A stretch of DNA of 32,000 bases from Polynucleobacter sp. AP-Nino-20-G2 (lineage in GTDB: Bacteria; Pseudomonadota; Gammaproteobacteria; Burkholderiales; Burkholderiaceae), in contig NZ_CP061313.1 in NCBI RefSeq assembly GCF_018688235.1, positions 1,570,538 through 1,602,537 on the forward strand, read 5' to 3'. The position numbers were made by a program, and so were the translations under genes. Positions within the stretch are counted from its first letter, which is position 1; each line of letters opens with the position of its first letter. Below the pieces are notes generated by a model. The model had not been told where the DNA came from and did no database searches. It saw only the letters and a list, made by a program, of their open reading frames with translations. Below, piece after piece: positions 7,450 through 19,679 of this stretch.

Positions 7450-8658
7450 CTAAACTCGTTCAATAATCATGGCTATGCCCTGCCCAACACCAATACACAT
7501 AGTGCAAAGAGCGTATCTACCTTTAGTGCGAATCAGTTGATACATAGCTGCAGTTACTAATCGCGCACCAGATGCCCCTAGTGGATGCCCAAGAGAAATA
7601 GCGCCCCCATTTGGATTGACGTGCGCCGCGTTGTCAGGAAGACCAAGATCACGAGTAACTGCTAAAGCCTGCGATGCAAATGCCTCATTTAGCTCAACCA
7701 CATCCATCTGACTAAGCTTTAAACCTGCTTTTTCCAAAACCTTCTTCACTGCAGGCGAAGGACCAAATCCCATGATTCTTGGAGCAACGCCAGCCGCAGC
7801 CACAGCCACAACACGCGCCTTTGGAGTCAGGGAATGCTGCTTTACACCAAGCTCTGAGGCAAGAAGCAAGGCGCAAGCGCCATCATTTACGCCTGAAGCA
7901 TTGCCGGCAGTAACTGTGCCACCTTGTTTAACAATGCTTTTTAGAGAAGCTAAAGTTTCTAGGGTGGTGAGACGCGGATGCTCATCCTTAGAAAAAACAA
8001 CAGGATCGCCCTTTTTCTGCGGAATATTTACCGGAATAATTTCATCGTCAAAGATGCCTGCAGCCTGCGCCTTTGCAGTACGCTGCTGACTAGTAAACGC
8101 AAATAGATCCTGATCAGCCCTGGAAATCCTAAAGTCTTCGGCAACGTTTTCTGCTGTTTCTGGCATGGAGTCAACGCCATACTGAGCCTTCATTAAGGGA
8201 TTAATGAAGCGCCAACCAATAGTTGTATCTTCAATTTTTGCCGATCTTGAATACGCAGAGTCGGCTTTACCCATTACAAAAGGTGCCCGAGACATGCTCT
8301 CTACACCCCCCGCAATCATTAGATGGTTGCCGCCACCTTTAATTGCATTTGCAGCTATACCAATGGCATCAAGACTAGAGCCACAGAGTCTATTGATGGT
8401 GGATCCAGGCACTTCCACTGGTAGACGAGCCAACAAGCTGGCCATCCTAGCAACGTTACGATTATCTTCACCCGCCTGATTGGCGCAACCAAAAATAACG
8501 TCATCTAACATTGACCAATCAACAATATTACGCATCATGAGAGCTTGAATTGGTAATGCAGCCAAATCATCCGCCCTTAAAGTAGATAGTGACCCACCGT
8601 ACCTACCAAAAGGAGTTCTAATGGCATCACAAATATATGCATTTGAATTATTTTTCAT
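7450..8658 (-). CDS. pcaF: 3-oxoadipyl-CoA thiolase
   Basis: Thiolase of 402 aa. It has the INRLCGSS active-site Cys, GNASGVNDGA, and C-terminal CIGVGQG motifs. It is adjacent to pcaIJ. Confidence 0.85.
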   Translation of the reverse strand: MKNNSNAYICDAIRTPFGRYGGSLSTLRADDLAALPIQALMMRNIVDWSMLDDVIFGCANQAGEDNRNVARMASLLARLPVEVPGSTINRLCGSSLDAIGIAANAIKGGGNHLMIAGGVESMSRAPFVMGKADSAYSRSAKIEDTTIGWRFINPLMKAQYGVDSMPETAENVAEDFRISRADQDLFAFTSQQRTAKAQAAGIFDDEIIPVNIPQKKGDPVVFSKDEHPRLTTLETLASLKSIVKQGGTVTAGNASGVNDGACALLLASELGVKQHSLTPKARVVAVAAAGVAPRIMGFGPSPAVKKVLEKAGLKLSQMDVVELNEAFASQALAVTRDLGLPDNAAHVNPNGGAISLGHPLGASGARLVTAAMYQLIRTKGRYALCTMCIGVGQGIAMIIERV

Positions 8659-9305
8659 GATTGAGCTATAGATAAAGGTGCGTCAGTTAGTTTTTGCAGC
8701 TCGCCCAAGGTGAGCCCAGGAACCATTTCACTCACAACCAAACCGTTTGGTGTGACATCGATAACAGCAAGATCTGTATAAATGCGATTTACGCAACCCA
8801 TACCGGTAAGTGGGTATGTGCATTTTTCAACAATCTTTGCCTCACCATTCTTGGTGACATGCTCCATCGTTACAAATACATTTCTTGCGCCAATTGCTAA
8901 ATCCATTGCTCCACCTACAGCGGGAATCGCATCTGGCGAACCAGTGTGCCAATTTGCTAGATCACCATTTTGAGCAACCTGGAAAGCGCCCAATACACAG
9001 ATATCAATATGTCCACCGCGCATCATCGTGAATGAATCGCCATGATGGAAATAGGAGCCGCCCTTTAATAGGGTGATAAATTCCTTCCCCGCATTGATCA
9101 AATCAGGATCTTCGTCTCCCTTAGCTGGAGCTGGACCCATGCCAAGAACCCCATTCTCGCTTTGCAAAAATATCTCTTTATCAACATCAAGGTAATTAGC
9201 GATTTTTGTAGGCAACCCAATACCTAAATTTACGTAAGAGCCCTCCGGAATATCTTGAGCCACTCTTTGAACAATTTGCTCTCTAGTTAAACGTTGGTAT
9301 GCCAT
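8655..9305 (-). CDS. pcaJ: 3-oxoadipate CoA-transferase subunit B
   Basis: CoA-transferase family I beta subunit with SENG catalytic-Glu motif. It overlaps pcaF by 4 nt. Confidence 0.85.
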   Translation of the reverse strand: MAYQRLTREQIVQRVAQDIPEGSYVNLGIGLPTKIANYLDVDKEIFLQSENGVLGMGPAPAKGDEDPDLINAGKEFITLLKGGSYFHHGDSFTMMRGGHIDICVLGAFQVAQNGDLANWHTGSPDAIPAVGGAMDLAIGARNVFVTMEHVTKNGEAKIVEKCTYPLTGMGCVNRIYTDLAVIDVTPNGLVVSEMVPGLTLGELQKLTDAPLSIAQS

Positions 9306-9307
9306 TT

Positions 9308-9976
9308 TTATTTCCCCTTCACAGCAACAACGTGCTTTACAAAAATACCCGGTGTAACAACATGCTCGGGATCTAGATCTCCCAGAGGCACCACTTCATT
9401 TACCTGAGCGATGGTGCATTTAGCTGCGGTCGCCATAATGGGGCCAAAATTTCTAGCGCTCATTCGATAAGTAAGATTGCCCCAGCGATCACCCTTAAAT
9501 GCTTTAATGAGTGCAAAGTCGGCATAAATCGGATACTCAAGCACATAGCCTTTGCCATTAATAACTTTGCTTTCTTTGCCTTCAGCCAAGAGGGTGCCAA
9601 ATCCTGTTGGGGTATAGATAGCACCAAGACCAGCCCCTGCCGCCTGAATGCGAGCCGCTAAGTTACCTTGCGGGACTAATTCGAGTTCAATTTTTTTGGC
9701 GTAGTACAACTTATCAAACTCATAAGAGTCAGATTGCCTTGGAAAGGAGCAGATAATTTTTTTCACCTGGCCTGCTTTGAGCAAGGCGGCCAAACCGACA
9801 TCACCATTTCCAGCGTTGTTGTTTACTACTGTTAGCTCTTTGGCTCCATGCTCAATCAAAGCATCAATTAACTGCGCAGGCTGACCAGCCGTCCCAAAGC
9901 CACCAATCATGACGGTTGAGCCATCTTTGATTTGTTTTATAGCTTCATGTATTGAAGCCGATGTTTTATCAATCAT
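9308..9976 (-). CDS. pcaI: 3-oxoadipate CoA-transferase subunit A
   Basis: CoA-transferase family I alpha subunit (GGFGTAGQP...NNNAGNG), 222 aa. Confidence 0.85.
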   Translation of the reverse strand: MIDKTSASIHEAIKQIKDGSTVMIGGFGTAGQPAQLIDALIEHGAKELTVVNNNAGNGDVGLAALLKAGQVKKIICSFPRQSDSYEFDKLYYAKKIELELVPQGNLAARIQAAGAGLGAIYTPTGFGTLLAEGKESKVINGKGYVLEYPIYADFALIKAFKGDRWGNLTYRMSARNFGPIMATAAKCTIAQVNEVVPLGDLDPEHVVTPGIFVKHVVAVKGK

Positions 9977-11167
9977 TCTTTTCTTTACTCTTTAATTTCA
10001 ATAAATCTTTATCAAAAACAACATATGCAATAGATCCAATCACAATTCCCCAGAATGCTGATCCCAGACCTAAAAAAGTCATGCCAGATGCAGTTGCTAA
10101 AAATGTGATTGCGGCAGCCTCACGATGATCGGGTTCTTCTAAAGTGCTCATGAGGCTAGTGACGATTGCGCCAAGTAAAGCTAAGCCAGCCAAAAGCGCG
10201 ATGAGCTCTTTTGGAAGACTGGTAAAAATGAGAACGATTGAACCTGCTAAGGAACCGCCAATTAAAAAGAAAACGCCGCTGAAAATGCCTGCAACATATC
10301 GCTTGTTTGGATCTTCGTTAGCTTCTTTGCCTGTACATAGGGTTGCCGTAATTGCTGCAGTCGTAGTGGTAATGCCACCAAAGAATGCGGTTACCAGGGA
10401 CATGAAACTTGTAAAAGTAATAATGGGCTTAGCGGGCACGTGATAGTTCGATAACTTGAGGATTGCCATTCCCGGCAAGTATTGGCCGGTCAAACTTACT
10501 AGAACCAACGGTATTGCAAAGCTGAATGTTGATTCCCAAGTCCACACAGGAGTGATGAATGTAGGATGGGCCAAAGCTAGCCTGAAATTATCTGGATTAA
10601 CATCACCAATGAGATATGCCAGCCCGATTCCTGAAAATAAAACAACTAAGATCGCGAATTTTGGTATCAACCTTTTGAATATCAGATAAATTCCAATCAT
10701 CGATAAAGCCAAGGCAGGCATGGTTGATACAGATTTAAATATATTGATACCAAACTGAAATAGAATGCCCGCCATCATTCCGGCCGCTATTCCCTTGGGT
10801 ATATGCTTTATTAGCTTGTCAAAGGTACCCGTAATGCCAATTAATAGAATGATCATTGCGGCAGTGATATAAGAAGAAATTGCCTCATTGACCGACATAT
10901 GCGGAAATAAGGCGATTAAGAGCGCAGCGCCAGGAGCGGACCAAGCAGTAATGATCGGCATCTTGTATTTCCAACTGAGATAAATCCCGGAAATGCCACC
11001 ACCAAACGATACCGCCCATACCCAAGAAGATAGAACTTCATTAGATACCTGAGCTAGAGATGCGGCCTGAAAAAATATCAGCATCGGCCCAGCATAGGAA
11101 ATCAATACAACTAGAAATCCAGCCGTAATTGAAGAGGGTGAAATATCTTTGAAAAAGGCGCGCTTCA

Positions 11168-11168
<1 letters not shown>
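9969..11168 (-). CDS. benE: benzoate membrane transport protein (BenE family)
   Basis: A 399-aa polytopic membrane protein directly downstream of benD, with a TAATG stop/start overlap. Its N-terminus and size are typical of BenE. Confidence 0.7.
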
Positions 11169-13480
<2,312 letters not shown>

Positions 13481-13484
<4 letters not shown>

Positions 13485-14851
13485 GCGTTCACCTGCTCTT
13501 GCTCAACTGCTTTTTTCATTGTTTCAAGCCAATAGCGATGCTGAACTGTGTACAGGCCCTCATCTTCAGTTTTCAAGCCACTTAATACGGGTTTCAAGCC
13601 GATCTCTTTAGCCGCATCGTCAGCGCCTTCAATCCAATGCTCTGAACCACGACACATATCGTTCCACTCGATCGTCTTTGCAGCAAAGCCTTCCTGGCAA
13701 GCTCTAAACTCTTCCAAGTCATCTGGAGTAGCCATACCGCTCACGTTAAAGAAGTCCTCGTATTGACGAATTCTTCTAGAGCGCGCTTCTGCTGACTCGC
13801 CTTTTGGAGCAATACAGTAGATAGTGACTTCAGTTTTATCAACAGCTAATGGGCGCAGTAAGCGGATCTGTGAACCAAACTGATCCATCAAATACACGTT
13901 TGGATATAAGCAAAGATTTCTGGAGCGCTCAATCATCCAATCAGCAATTGGTTTGCCAAACTTATCGGAAAATTCCTGGTGCCTCGGGAAATTTGGCCGG
14001 TCCTGTGGATTAGCCCACTTTGTCCAGAGGAGCATATGGCCGTGATCAAATGAATAGAAGCCACCACCCTGCTTACCCCACTTGCCAGCATCCATTGCTT
14101 TGATGTTGTCTTCGCGAATTGCTTCTTGCTCTTTACGATGGTTGGTAGTTGCAGCATAGTTCCAATGAACAGCAGATACGTGATAACCATCAGCACCGTT
14201 TTCTGCCTGAAGCTTCCAATTACCGTTAAAGGTATAAGTTGAGGCGCCCTTCAATACTTCGAGTCCATCAGCAGATTGATCCACAATCATGTCAATGATC
14301 TTGGCGGCTTCACCCAAAAAGTCCTTTAAAGGGGCAACATCATTATTTAAGCTACCAAATAAGAAGCCACGATAGCTTTCAAACTTAGGCACCTTCTTGA
14401 GATCGTGTGAGCCTTCCTTGTTAAAGCACTCTGGGTAGCCGGCCTCCTCTGGATCTTTAACCTTCAAGAGCTTTCCGCTGTTATTAAATGTCCAGCCGTG
14501 GAATGGGCAAGTGAAAGTAGCCTTGTTGCCGCGCTTATGACGGCACAACTGAGCGCCACGATGGCTACAAGCATTCATCATGGCGTTCAGTTCACCCTGA
14601 CGATTACGAGAAATGAAGATTGGCTGACTACCAATATAGGTAGAGTAGTAATCATTGATGTTTGGGATTTGACTTTCGTGCGCCAAATAAATCCAATTAC
14701 CCTCAAAGATGTGCTTCATCTCTAATTCAAACAAATCTTTATCGGTAAAAGCACTACGGTGAAGACGATAGTCGCCCTTCTCCTTATCCTCAATTAAGAA
14801 TTCATCAAGGCTTTTGAGTTTTGGACTGTTATCTACATGAATTGGGATCAT
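13481..14851 (-). CDS. benA: benzoate 1,2-dioxygenase large (alpha) subunit
   Basis: Rieske motif CSHRGAQLC...CPFHGW and a mononuclear-iron catalytic domain, 456 aa. Confidence 0.9.
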
Positions 14852-14894
14852 TTTTTATCCTTTATGAATGGGATGCTGGCATCCCATATTCAAA

Positions 14895-15815
14895 TTACGC
14901 AGCTGCGCGAGTTCTCTCGACAATTCCAGAGGCAGCGGCTGGCTTCTCAATCACCATCTGAATATCGAAATCAATCGAAGCAAATGGTTTGCTTACACCC
15001 TTAGCTTTAAGTTCGGCTGCGTCATTAACGCGAACTACTGGAGGAACAAGTCCTTCACGACTTGCAAAGGCGAAGTCATCCCAGAGATATTTATCGCCAT
15101 CAATATTGATTTGAGTAGTTAACTTTCTGTGACCAGGTGCAGTTACAAAGAAATGAACGTGCGCTGGGCGTTGGCCATGACGACCCAATAAATTCAACAA
15201 AGCTTGAGTAGAACCATCCGGCGGGCAGCCATAACCATTTGGCATGATGCTTTGGAATGAATAGCGACCATTCTCATCAGTAATGATGGTGCGACGTAAA
15301 TTGAATGAAGACTGAGTCTTATCAAAGAATGAGTAACCACCCAATGTATTGGCATGCCAAACTTCTACCTTGGCATTTGGTAATGGCTTACCGTCAGCAC
15401 CAAAAACTGTACCTTGCATAAACAATGGTTCTGCTTTATCCACCTCAGAGCCATCGTCCATGCGTGCAAAGCCTTTTGACTCTGGAGCACCAGCAACATA
15501 TAAAGGACCCTCAATAGCACGTGGTGTACCGCCTGTTAGGCCAGCCTTCTCATCGGCCTCATCCGCGCGCATATCTAAGAAGCGCTCTAGACCAATGCCA
15601 GGAGCCAATAGGCCTAATTCATTACGTGCGCCAGCCTCTGAGAAATACTCTAAGCCCTTCCAGAATTCCGTTGGGGTAATGTCCAAGTCTTCAATTGCTT
15701 TGCATAGGTCAGTAACCAAGCGCAATGTAATTTCTTGAACACGCTTGTTCGCAGGAGAATCGGCTGCATCAACAATCCATTCTTTTGCTAATTTTTCAAT
15801 ATCAGTATGTTTCAT
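14895..15815 (-). CDS. catA: catechol 1,2-dioxygenase
   Basis: Intradiol dioxygenase of 306 aa with GPLYVAGAP and RPAHVHFFV motifs. Confidence 0.9.
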   Translation of the reverse strand: MKHTDIEKLAKEWIVDAADSPANKRVQEITLRLVTDLCKAIEDLDITPTEFWKGLEYFSEAGARNELGLLAPGIGLERFLDMRADEADEKAGLTGGTPRAIEGPLYVAGAPESKGFARMDDGSEVDKAEPLFMQGTVFGADGKPLPNAKVEVWHANTLGGYSFFDKTQSSFNLRRTIITDENGRYSFQSIMPNGYGCPPDGSTQALLNLLGRHGQRPAHVHFFVTAPGHRKLTTQINIDGDKYLWDDFAFASREGLVPPVVRVNDAAELKAKGVSKPFASIDFDIQMVIEKPAAASGIVERTRAAA

Positions 15816-15889
15816 TTTGTATCCTATTAATTTGTATGTGTGTAATTAAGTTCGCTACCAACTGCATATCTGTGAAATTTTTCAAATAA

Positions 15890-16180
15890 TTAACTGTCGT
15901 CCCCCCTTACGGAAGATGGATGTCTGCACAAAGGCATTACTTCAATTTGCATGTATGGGAAGAGTGGAAGTGTCGAAATAGCTGTATGCAATTCCTCTAC
16001 GCTCGCAACATCAAATACGCTAATGTTTGCGTACTGGCCAGCGATGCGCCAGAGATGACGCCACTTGCCAGAGCTTTGCAATCCTTGCGCAATTTCTTTT
16101 TCTTTCTTTTTCAATGCCGCTGCCTCAGCCTCTGGCATTGAAGTGGGTAAATTCACATTCATTCTTACGTGGAATAACAT
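15890..16180 (-). CDS. catC: muconolactone delta-isomerase
   Basis: 96 aa: MLFHVRMNVNLP...GKWRHLWRIAG...LPLFPYMQIEVMPLCRHPSS, the canonical CatC pattern. Confidence 0.9.
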   Translation of the reverse strand: MLFHVRMNVNLPTSMPEAEAAALKKKEKEIAQGLQSSGKWRHLWRIAGQYANISVFDVASVEELHTAISTLPLFPYMQIEVMPLCRHPSSVRGDDS

Positions 16181-16191
16181 GTTGTCTCCTT

Positions 16192-17337
16192 TTATGCAGG
16201 TATCAAATCAACTTGGTCTGAATGACCTTGCTGACGTTTTAAATAATTAATTTTTTCAATGTCTAGCCGAATGCCAAGACCAGGACCTTTAGGAACCTGT
16301 AGAGAAAAATCCTTGTAAACCAATGGCTCAGTCAGAATTTCTTCAGTAAGTAATAGCGGTCCGAATAATTCGGTTCCAAATGCTAAGTCGCTGAAAGTAG
16401 AAAACACATGGGCAGAGGCTGCTGTACCAACTGCACCTTCAAGCATGGTGCCGCCATACAAACTAATGCCACTAAGTTCTGCAATGGTTGCTACCTGAAG
16501 CGCTGGGAAGAGACCGCCTGACTGATTGATCTTGACGGCAAAAACATCGGCTGCAAATTTATTTGCTAGTTCCAATGCATCAAAAGGACCATGCAATGCT
16601 TCATCGGCCATGATGGCAACATCAAACTGATTAGTCAGGCGAGCCATGCTTGCTTTATATGAAGCTTTGACAGGCTGCTCAATTAAATCAATTCCACCTG
16701 CCTGAAGTGAAGCTATACCTTTAACAGCATCTAATTCACTCCATGCCTGGTTCACATCTACACGCACACTGATATCAGAGCCTAATGCACGTTTAATTGC
16801 GAGTACGTGTTCTACATCCGCTTCAACAGAGCGCAAGCCAATTTTCAATTTGAAAATATTGTGTCTGCGCAGTGAAATCATCTTCTCCGCTTCGGCAATA
16901 TCTTTTTTGGTATCTCCACTTGCTAATGTCCATGCAACTGGAAGCTCATCCCGAACGCGGCCGCCTAGCAATTCACTAACCGGAACACCAAGGCGCTTAC
17001 CTTGAGCATCAAGCAATGCAGTCTCGATTGCGCACTTAGCAAAACGATTACCTTGTATAGTAGAGCGCAACTTATTCATTGCCTTGGCAACCTGATCGGC
17101 TTTCATACCAACAATCAGGGGTGCCATATAGGTATCGATATTGGTCTTGATACTTTCTGGGCTCTCTTCACCATAATTCAGACCTCCAATCGTGGTGGCC
17201 TCACCCCATCCCTCAATACCGTCATCACAAAGAATGCGCACCAAAACAAGAGCCTGGGCATTCATCGTGGCCACAGATAACTTGTGTGGGCGGATAGTCG
17301 GCACATCAACTATTAGGGTTTCTACTGATTTGATCAT
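16192..17337 (-). CDS. catB: muconate cycloisomerase
   Basis: A 381-aa enolase-superfamily protein (MR/MLE) positioned first in the operon and divergent from the LysR gene. Confidence 0.9.
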   Translation of the reverse strand: MIKSVETLIVDVPTIRPHKLSVATMNAQALVLVRILCDDGIEGWGEATTIGGLNYGEESPESIKTNIDTYMAPLIVGMKADQVAKAMNKLRSTIQGNRFAKCAIETALLDAQGKRLGVPVSELLGGRVRDELPVAWTLASGDTKKDIAEAEKMISLRRHNIFKLKIGLRSVEADVEHVLAIKRALGSDISVRVDVNQAWSELDAVKGIASLQAGGIDLIEQPVKASYKASMARLTNQFDVAIMADEALHGPFDALELANKFAADVFAVKINQSGGLFPALQVATIAELSGISLYGGTMLEGAVGTAASAHVFSTFSDLAFGTELFGPLLLTEEILTEPLVYKDFSLQVPKGPGLGIRLDIEKINYLKRQQGHSDQVDLIPA

Positions 17338-17407
17338 ATCTATTTCGTATAGTTTTTCGATAAATGAACTCTAAACAGGTCTTTTTGACGAGTCCAAGAC
17401 TGATTTG

Positions 17408-17435
17408 GTATCCTTTTGATACTTAAAAGGTATAC
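17408..17435. promoter_or_regulatory. candidate CatR/BenM operator in the catB-catR divergent region
   Basis: GTATCCTTTTGATACTTAAAAGGTATAC contains ATAC-N7-GTAT (17419..17433), the dyad reported for BenM/CatM-type regulators, plus an overlapping GTAT-N7-ATAC. It lies ~82-96 nt upstream of the catB ATG. Confidence 0.5.
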
Positions 17436-17437
17436 AT

Positions 17438-18352
17438 ATGGAATTAAGGCATCTACGCTACTTTGTTGCTGTTGCAGAAGAAAAGAACTTCACTAGAGCT
17501 TCTGAAAAACTGTTCATAGCACAGCCGCCCTTGAGCAGGCAGATCCAACAACTCGAAGAAGAGTTGGGCGTAACTTTGTTTGTAAGGAACTCGCGACCCC
17601 TCAAACTGACAGACGCGGGCAACTTTTTCTATGAGCATGCCAAGCAGGTTTTAGCTAGAACTGGCGAACTCAAGGCTATGACTCAACGGGTTGGTAATAT
17701 CAACCGAATTCTGAATGTCGGTTTTGTTGCATCAACGCTCTACGGAAAACTTCCGAAAATTATTCGAAAATATCGAGCCAAATTTAATTCCATTGAATTG
17801 CGGATGTATGAAATGACAACAATGGAACAGCTCAAAGCTTTGAAAGATGGAAAGATTGATATTGGCTTTGGACGAGTACGTCATGAAGACGCCAATATCA
17901 GACGGATTGTATTGAGGGAGGAAAAACTCATTGCTGCAGTTCCTTATGAGCACCCACTATCAAAATCAAACAAGCCCATCAACTTAAAAGACTTAGCCGA
18001 TGAAAATCTCATTGTCTTTCCAAAAAATCCCCGTCCTAGTTACGCAGACCAAGTATTAAATGGTTTCAAAGAAAGGGATGTTCATCCCAAAAAGATTATT
18101 GAAGTTCGAGAATTACAAATAGCTATTGGCCTTGTTGCTGCAGGCGAAGGTGTATCCATTGTTCCATTTAGCTTGCAGGGCATGAAACGTGATGACGTTG
18201 TATATCTAGAATTAAATGAAAAGCATGCCTACTCCCCCATCATCATGAGCACTAGATCAATGGATAAGTCTGAAGAAATTAAGGCAATGCTTGATTTAAT
18301 TTATTGCATCTATGACGAAGAGGGTATTTCTTATACGAGAGAAGAGTTATAA
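17438..18352 (+). CDS. catR: LysR-family transcriptional activator of the cat/ben genes (CatR/CatM/BenM type)
   Basis: The N-terminal wHTH MELRHLRYFVAVAEEKNFTRASEKLFIAQPPLSRQIQQLEEELG is characteristic. The protein is 304 aa and transcribed divergently from catB. Confidence 0.85.
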   Translation: MELRHLRYFVAVAEEKNFTRASEKLFIAQPPLSRQIQQLEEELGVTLFVRNSRPLKLTDAGNFFYEHAKQVLARTGELKAMTQRVGNINRILNVGFVASTLYGKLPKIIRKYRAKFNSIELRMYEMTTMEQLKALKDGKIDIGFGRVRHEDANIRRIVLREEKLIAAVPYEHPLSKSNKPINLKDLADENLIVFPKNPRPSYADQVLNGFKERDVHPKKIIEVRELQIAIGLVAAGEGVSIVPFSLQGMKRDDVVYLELNEKHAYSPIIMSTRSMDKSEEIKAMLDLIYCIYDEEGISYTREEL

Positions 18353-18420
18353 ATTTGCCGCACACTACAACCCCAATATATTTTTGTAGGTAGATTATTT
18401 AAAGTATCGCCATTGAAAAA

Positions 18421-18442
18421 TGTGTAGTATTTGACTACACAC
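18421..18442. repeat. inverted pair of the GTGTGTAGT-type motif
   Basis: TGTGTAGTATTTGACTACACAC: two copies of the motif family also seen at 716..820 and 3062..3086, here facing each other. Confidence 0.5.
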
Positions 18443-18456
18443 TTTCTAGCATGCCC

Positions 18457-18477
18457 AGCGTTACTTAAAGTAACGCT
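18457..18477. repeat. palindrome AGCGTTACT-TAA-AGTAACGCT (copy 3 of 4)
   Basis: It has the same core as 1092..1118, 3367..3395 and 25425..25441. Confidence 0.6.
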
Positions 18478-18551
18478 CAAATGACCAAACCCCACCTTTA
18501 GTCTCAAAAGCTAGCTTTTTGTAATGTTTAGGTCCTGTTTAGGTTCTCTGG

Positions 18552-18602
18552 TTATGAGAGCAGACATCCAAGGTAGACCATTAGGATTTCAAGGGGTTAC
18601 GT
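18552..18602. repeat. junction motif copy 3 (TTATGAGAGCAGA plus 38 nt), candidate left boundary of the accessory island
   Basis: TTATGAGAGCAGACATCCAAGGTAGACCATTAGGATTTCAAGGGGTTACGT versus 3170..3220 TTATGAGAGCAGATACCCAAAGAAAACCATTAGGATTTCAAGAGGTTACGT. The first 13 nt also occur at 898..910. Confidence 0.7.
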
Positions 18603-18613
18603 CTCCTATATAA

Positions 18614-19135
18614 CTACACTTTATTTAAAAGGTAAAACGATTCAGGCTTCCGCTTTAGCCAGTTTCTAATAGAGTCTTTAGTCACCACATAATGCTCAGC
18701 TGCAGCTCGCATCGTAGGAAATTCACCATCAGGCGTCATGATTGGTTTAGCCGACTTCATGCCAGCCTGACTGGGAGCATTTAAATTTCTTACCGTCTTT
18801 GGTAGCTTTGGATCCAAAAAATAAAATCCTGGCTTTTGCGATCGCTCAATCCACCAATGGATAGTTTGACCTAGTACACCATAAGTCTCAGCAGCAAGCT
18901 TGATTGAAGCAAACTCCCCTAAAGGGGTCATTACCCTTCTTTGCCACTTCGATTTATCAATCGTACCTTGCGCATAACCCCTATTCATAATTTCAGATCT
19001 TTTTTTACCGAAATCGGCCGGAAGCCTCTTACCCTTGAGCGCCATTGTTTGTCGACTCCCATTCCACCTAGAAAACTCCTCCCAAGTAACTTCGGTGCCA
19101 TTACTTAACTTAATCATGTGATTGCTATTGTTCAT
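18614..19135 (-). CDS. hypothetical DNA-binding protein with two NUMOD1/IENR-like HTH modules (paralog B)
   Basis: AAGGAGG Shine-Dalgarno. There are two internal repeats: VMTPLGEFASIKLAAETYGVLGQTIHWWI...FYFLD and IMTPDGEFPTMRAAAEHYVVTKDSIRNWL...FYLL. The N-terminus I.L..G..V.WEEFS.W is shared with the upstream paralog. Confidence 0.6.
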   Translation of the reverse strand: MNNSNHMIKLSNGTEVTWEEFSRWNGSRQTMALKGKRLPADFGKKRSEIMNRGYAQGTIDKSKWQRRVMTPLGEFASIKLAAETYGVLGQTIHWWIERSQKPGFYFLDPKLPKTVRNLNAPSQAGMKSAKPIMTPDGEFPTMRAAAEHYVVTKDSIRNWLKRKPESFYLLNKV

Positions 19136-19145
19136 TTAAGCCTCC

Positions 19146-19670
19146 TTATTCGCTATATAAAAATTCATTTTTTCGCATCGTACGAATCCAAGTCTTAATC
19201 GTTCTAGCGCCAACACCGTAGCGTCTTGCCGCAGCGTTAATCGAGTCAAACTTTCCATCTGGTGTAATGACAACCTTTGCTTTAGATCCTTTCCCTGTAT
19301 CGCCGCTTGCCGTATCTAGAAAATAAAATTCATCGCAGCGTGTTTTACGCATCCAATCCCGTAATTTTTCTGTGTTAACACCATAATGATCTCTAGCTTC
19401 TTTTAACGACGAAAACTTGCCCGCTGGCGTCATTACGGCTTTAGCCATTCCATTCTTGCCACCAAAGTTCCAGTTAATTTTTCGTGTACCTTTTTCATAA
19501 CTTTCCTTTACGATCTGCCGCATTTTGTTCGAATGATCAACACCCCAGACCATGTTTTTAGCATGTGGGTTTAACCCCATTCTTTGCTTATGCGCACTCC
19601 AAGAGGAAAACTCCTCCCAACTTACTTGCCGCCCATCTGCTAGAGAAATAATTACATTGTTATTTTTCAT
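19146..19670 (-). CDS. hypothetical DNA-binding protein with two NUMOD1/IENR-like HTH modules (paralog A)
   Basis: AAGGGGG Shine-Dalgarno. The repeats are VMTPAGKFSSLKEARDHYGVNTEKLRDWM...FYFLD and VITPDGKFDSINAAARRYGVGARTIKTWI...FLY. The architecture matches 18614..19135. Confidence 0.6.
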   Translation of the reverse strand: MKNNNVIISLADGRQVSWEEFSSWSAHKQRMGLNPHAKNMVWGVDHSNKMRQIVKESYEKGTRKINWNFGGKNGMAKAVMTPAGKFSSLKEARDHYGVNTEKLRDWMRKTRCDEFYFLDTASGDTGKGSKAKVVITPDGKFDSINAAARRYGVGARTIKTWIRTMRKNEFLYSE

Positions 19671-19679
19671 ATAGCCCCC

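Noticed and set aside
18520-18551. Similarity of the sequence flanking junction copy 3 (CCAGAGAACCTAAACAGGACC on the minus strand) to an inverted tRNA T-arm
   Set aside because: It needs several gaps and gives only scattered matches. It is not convincing as a tRNA remnant.
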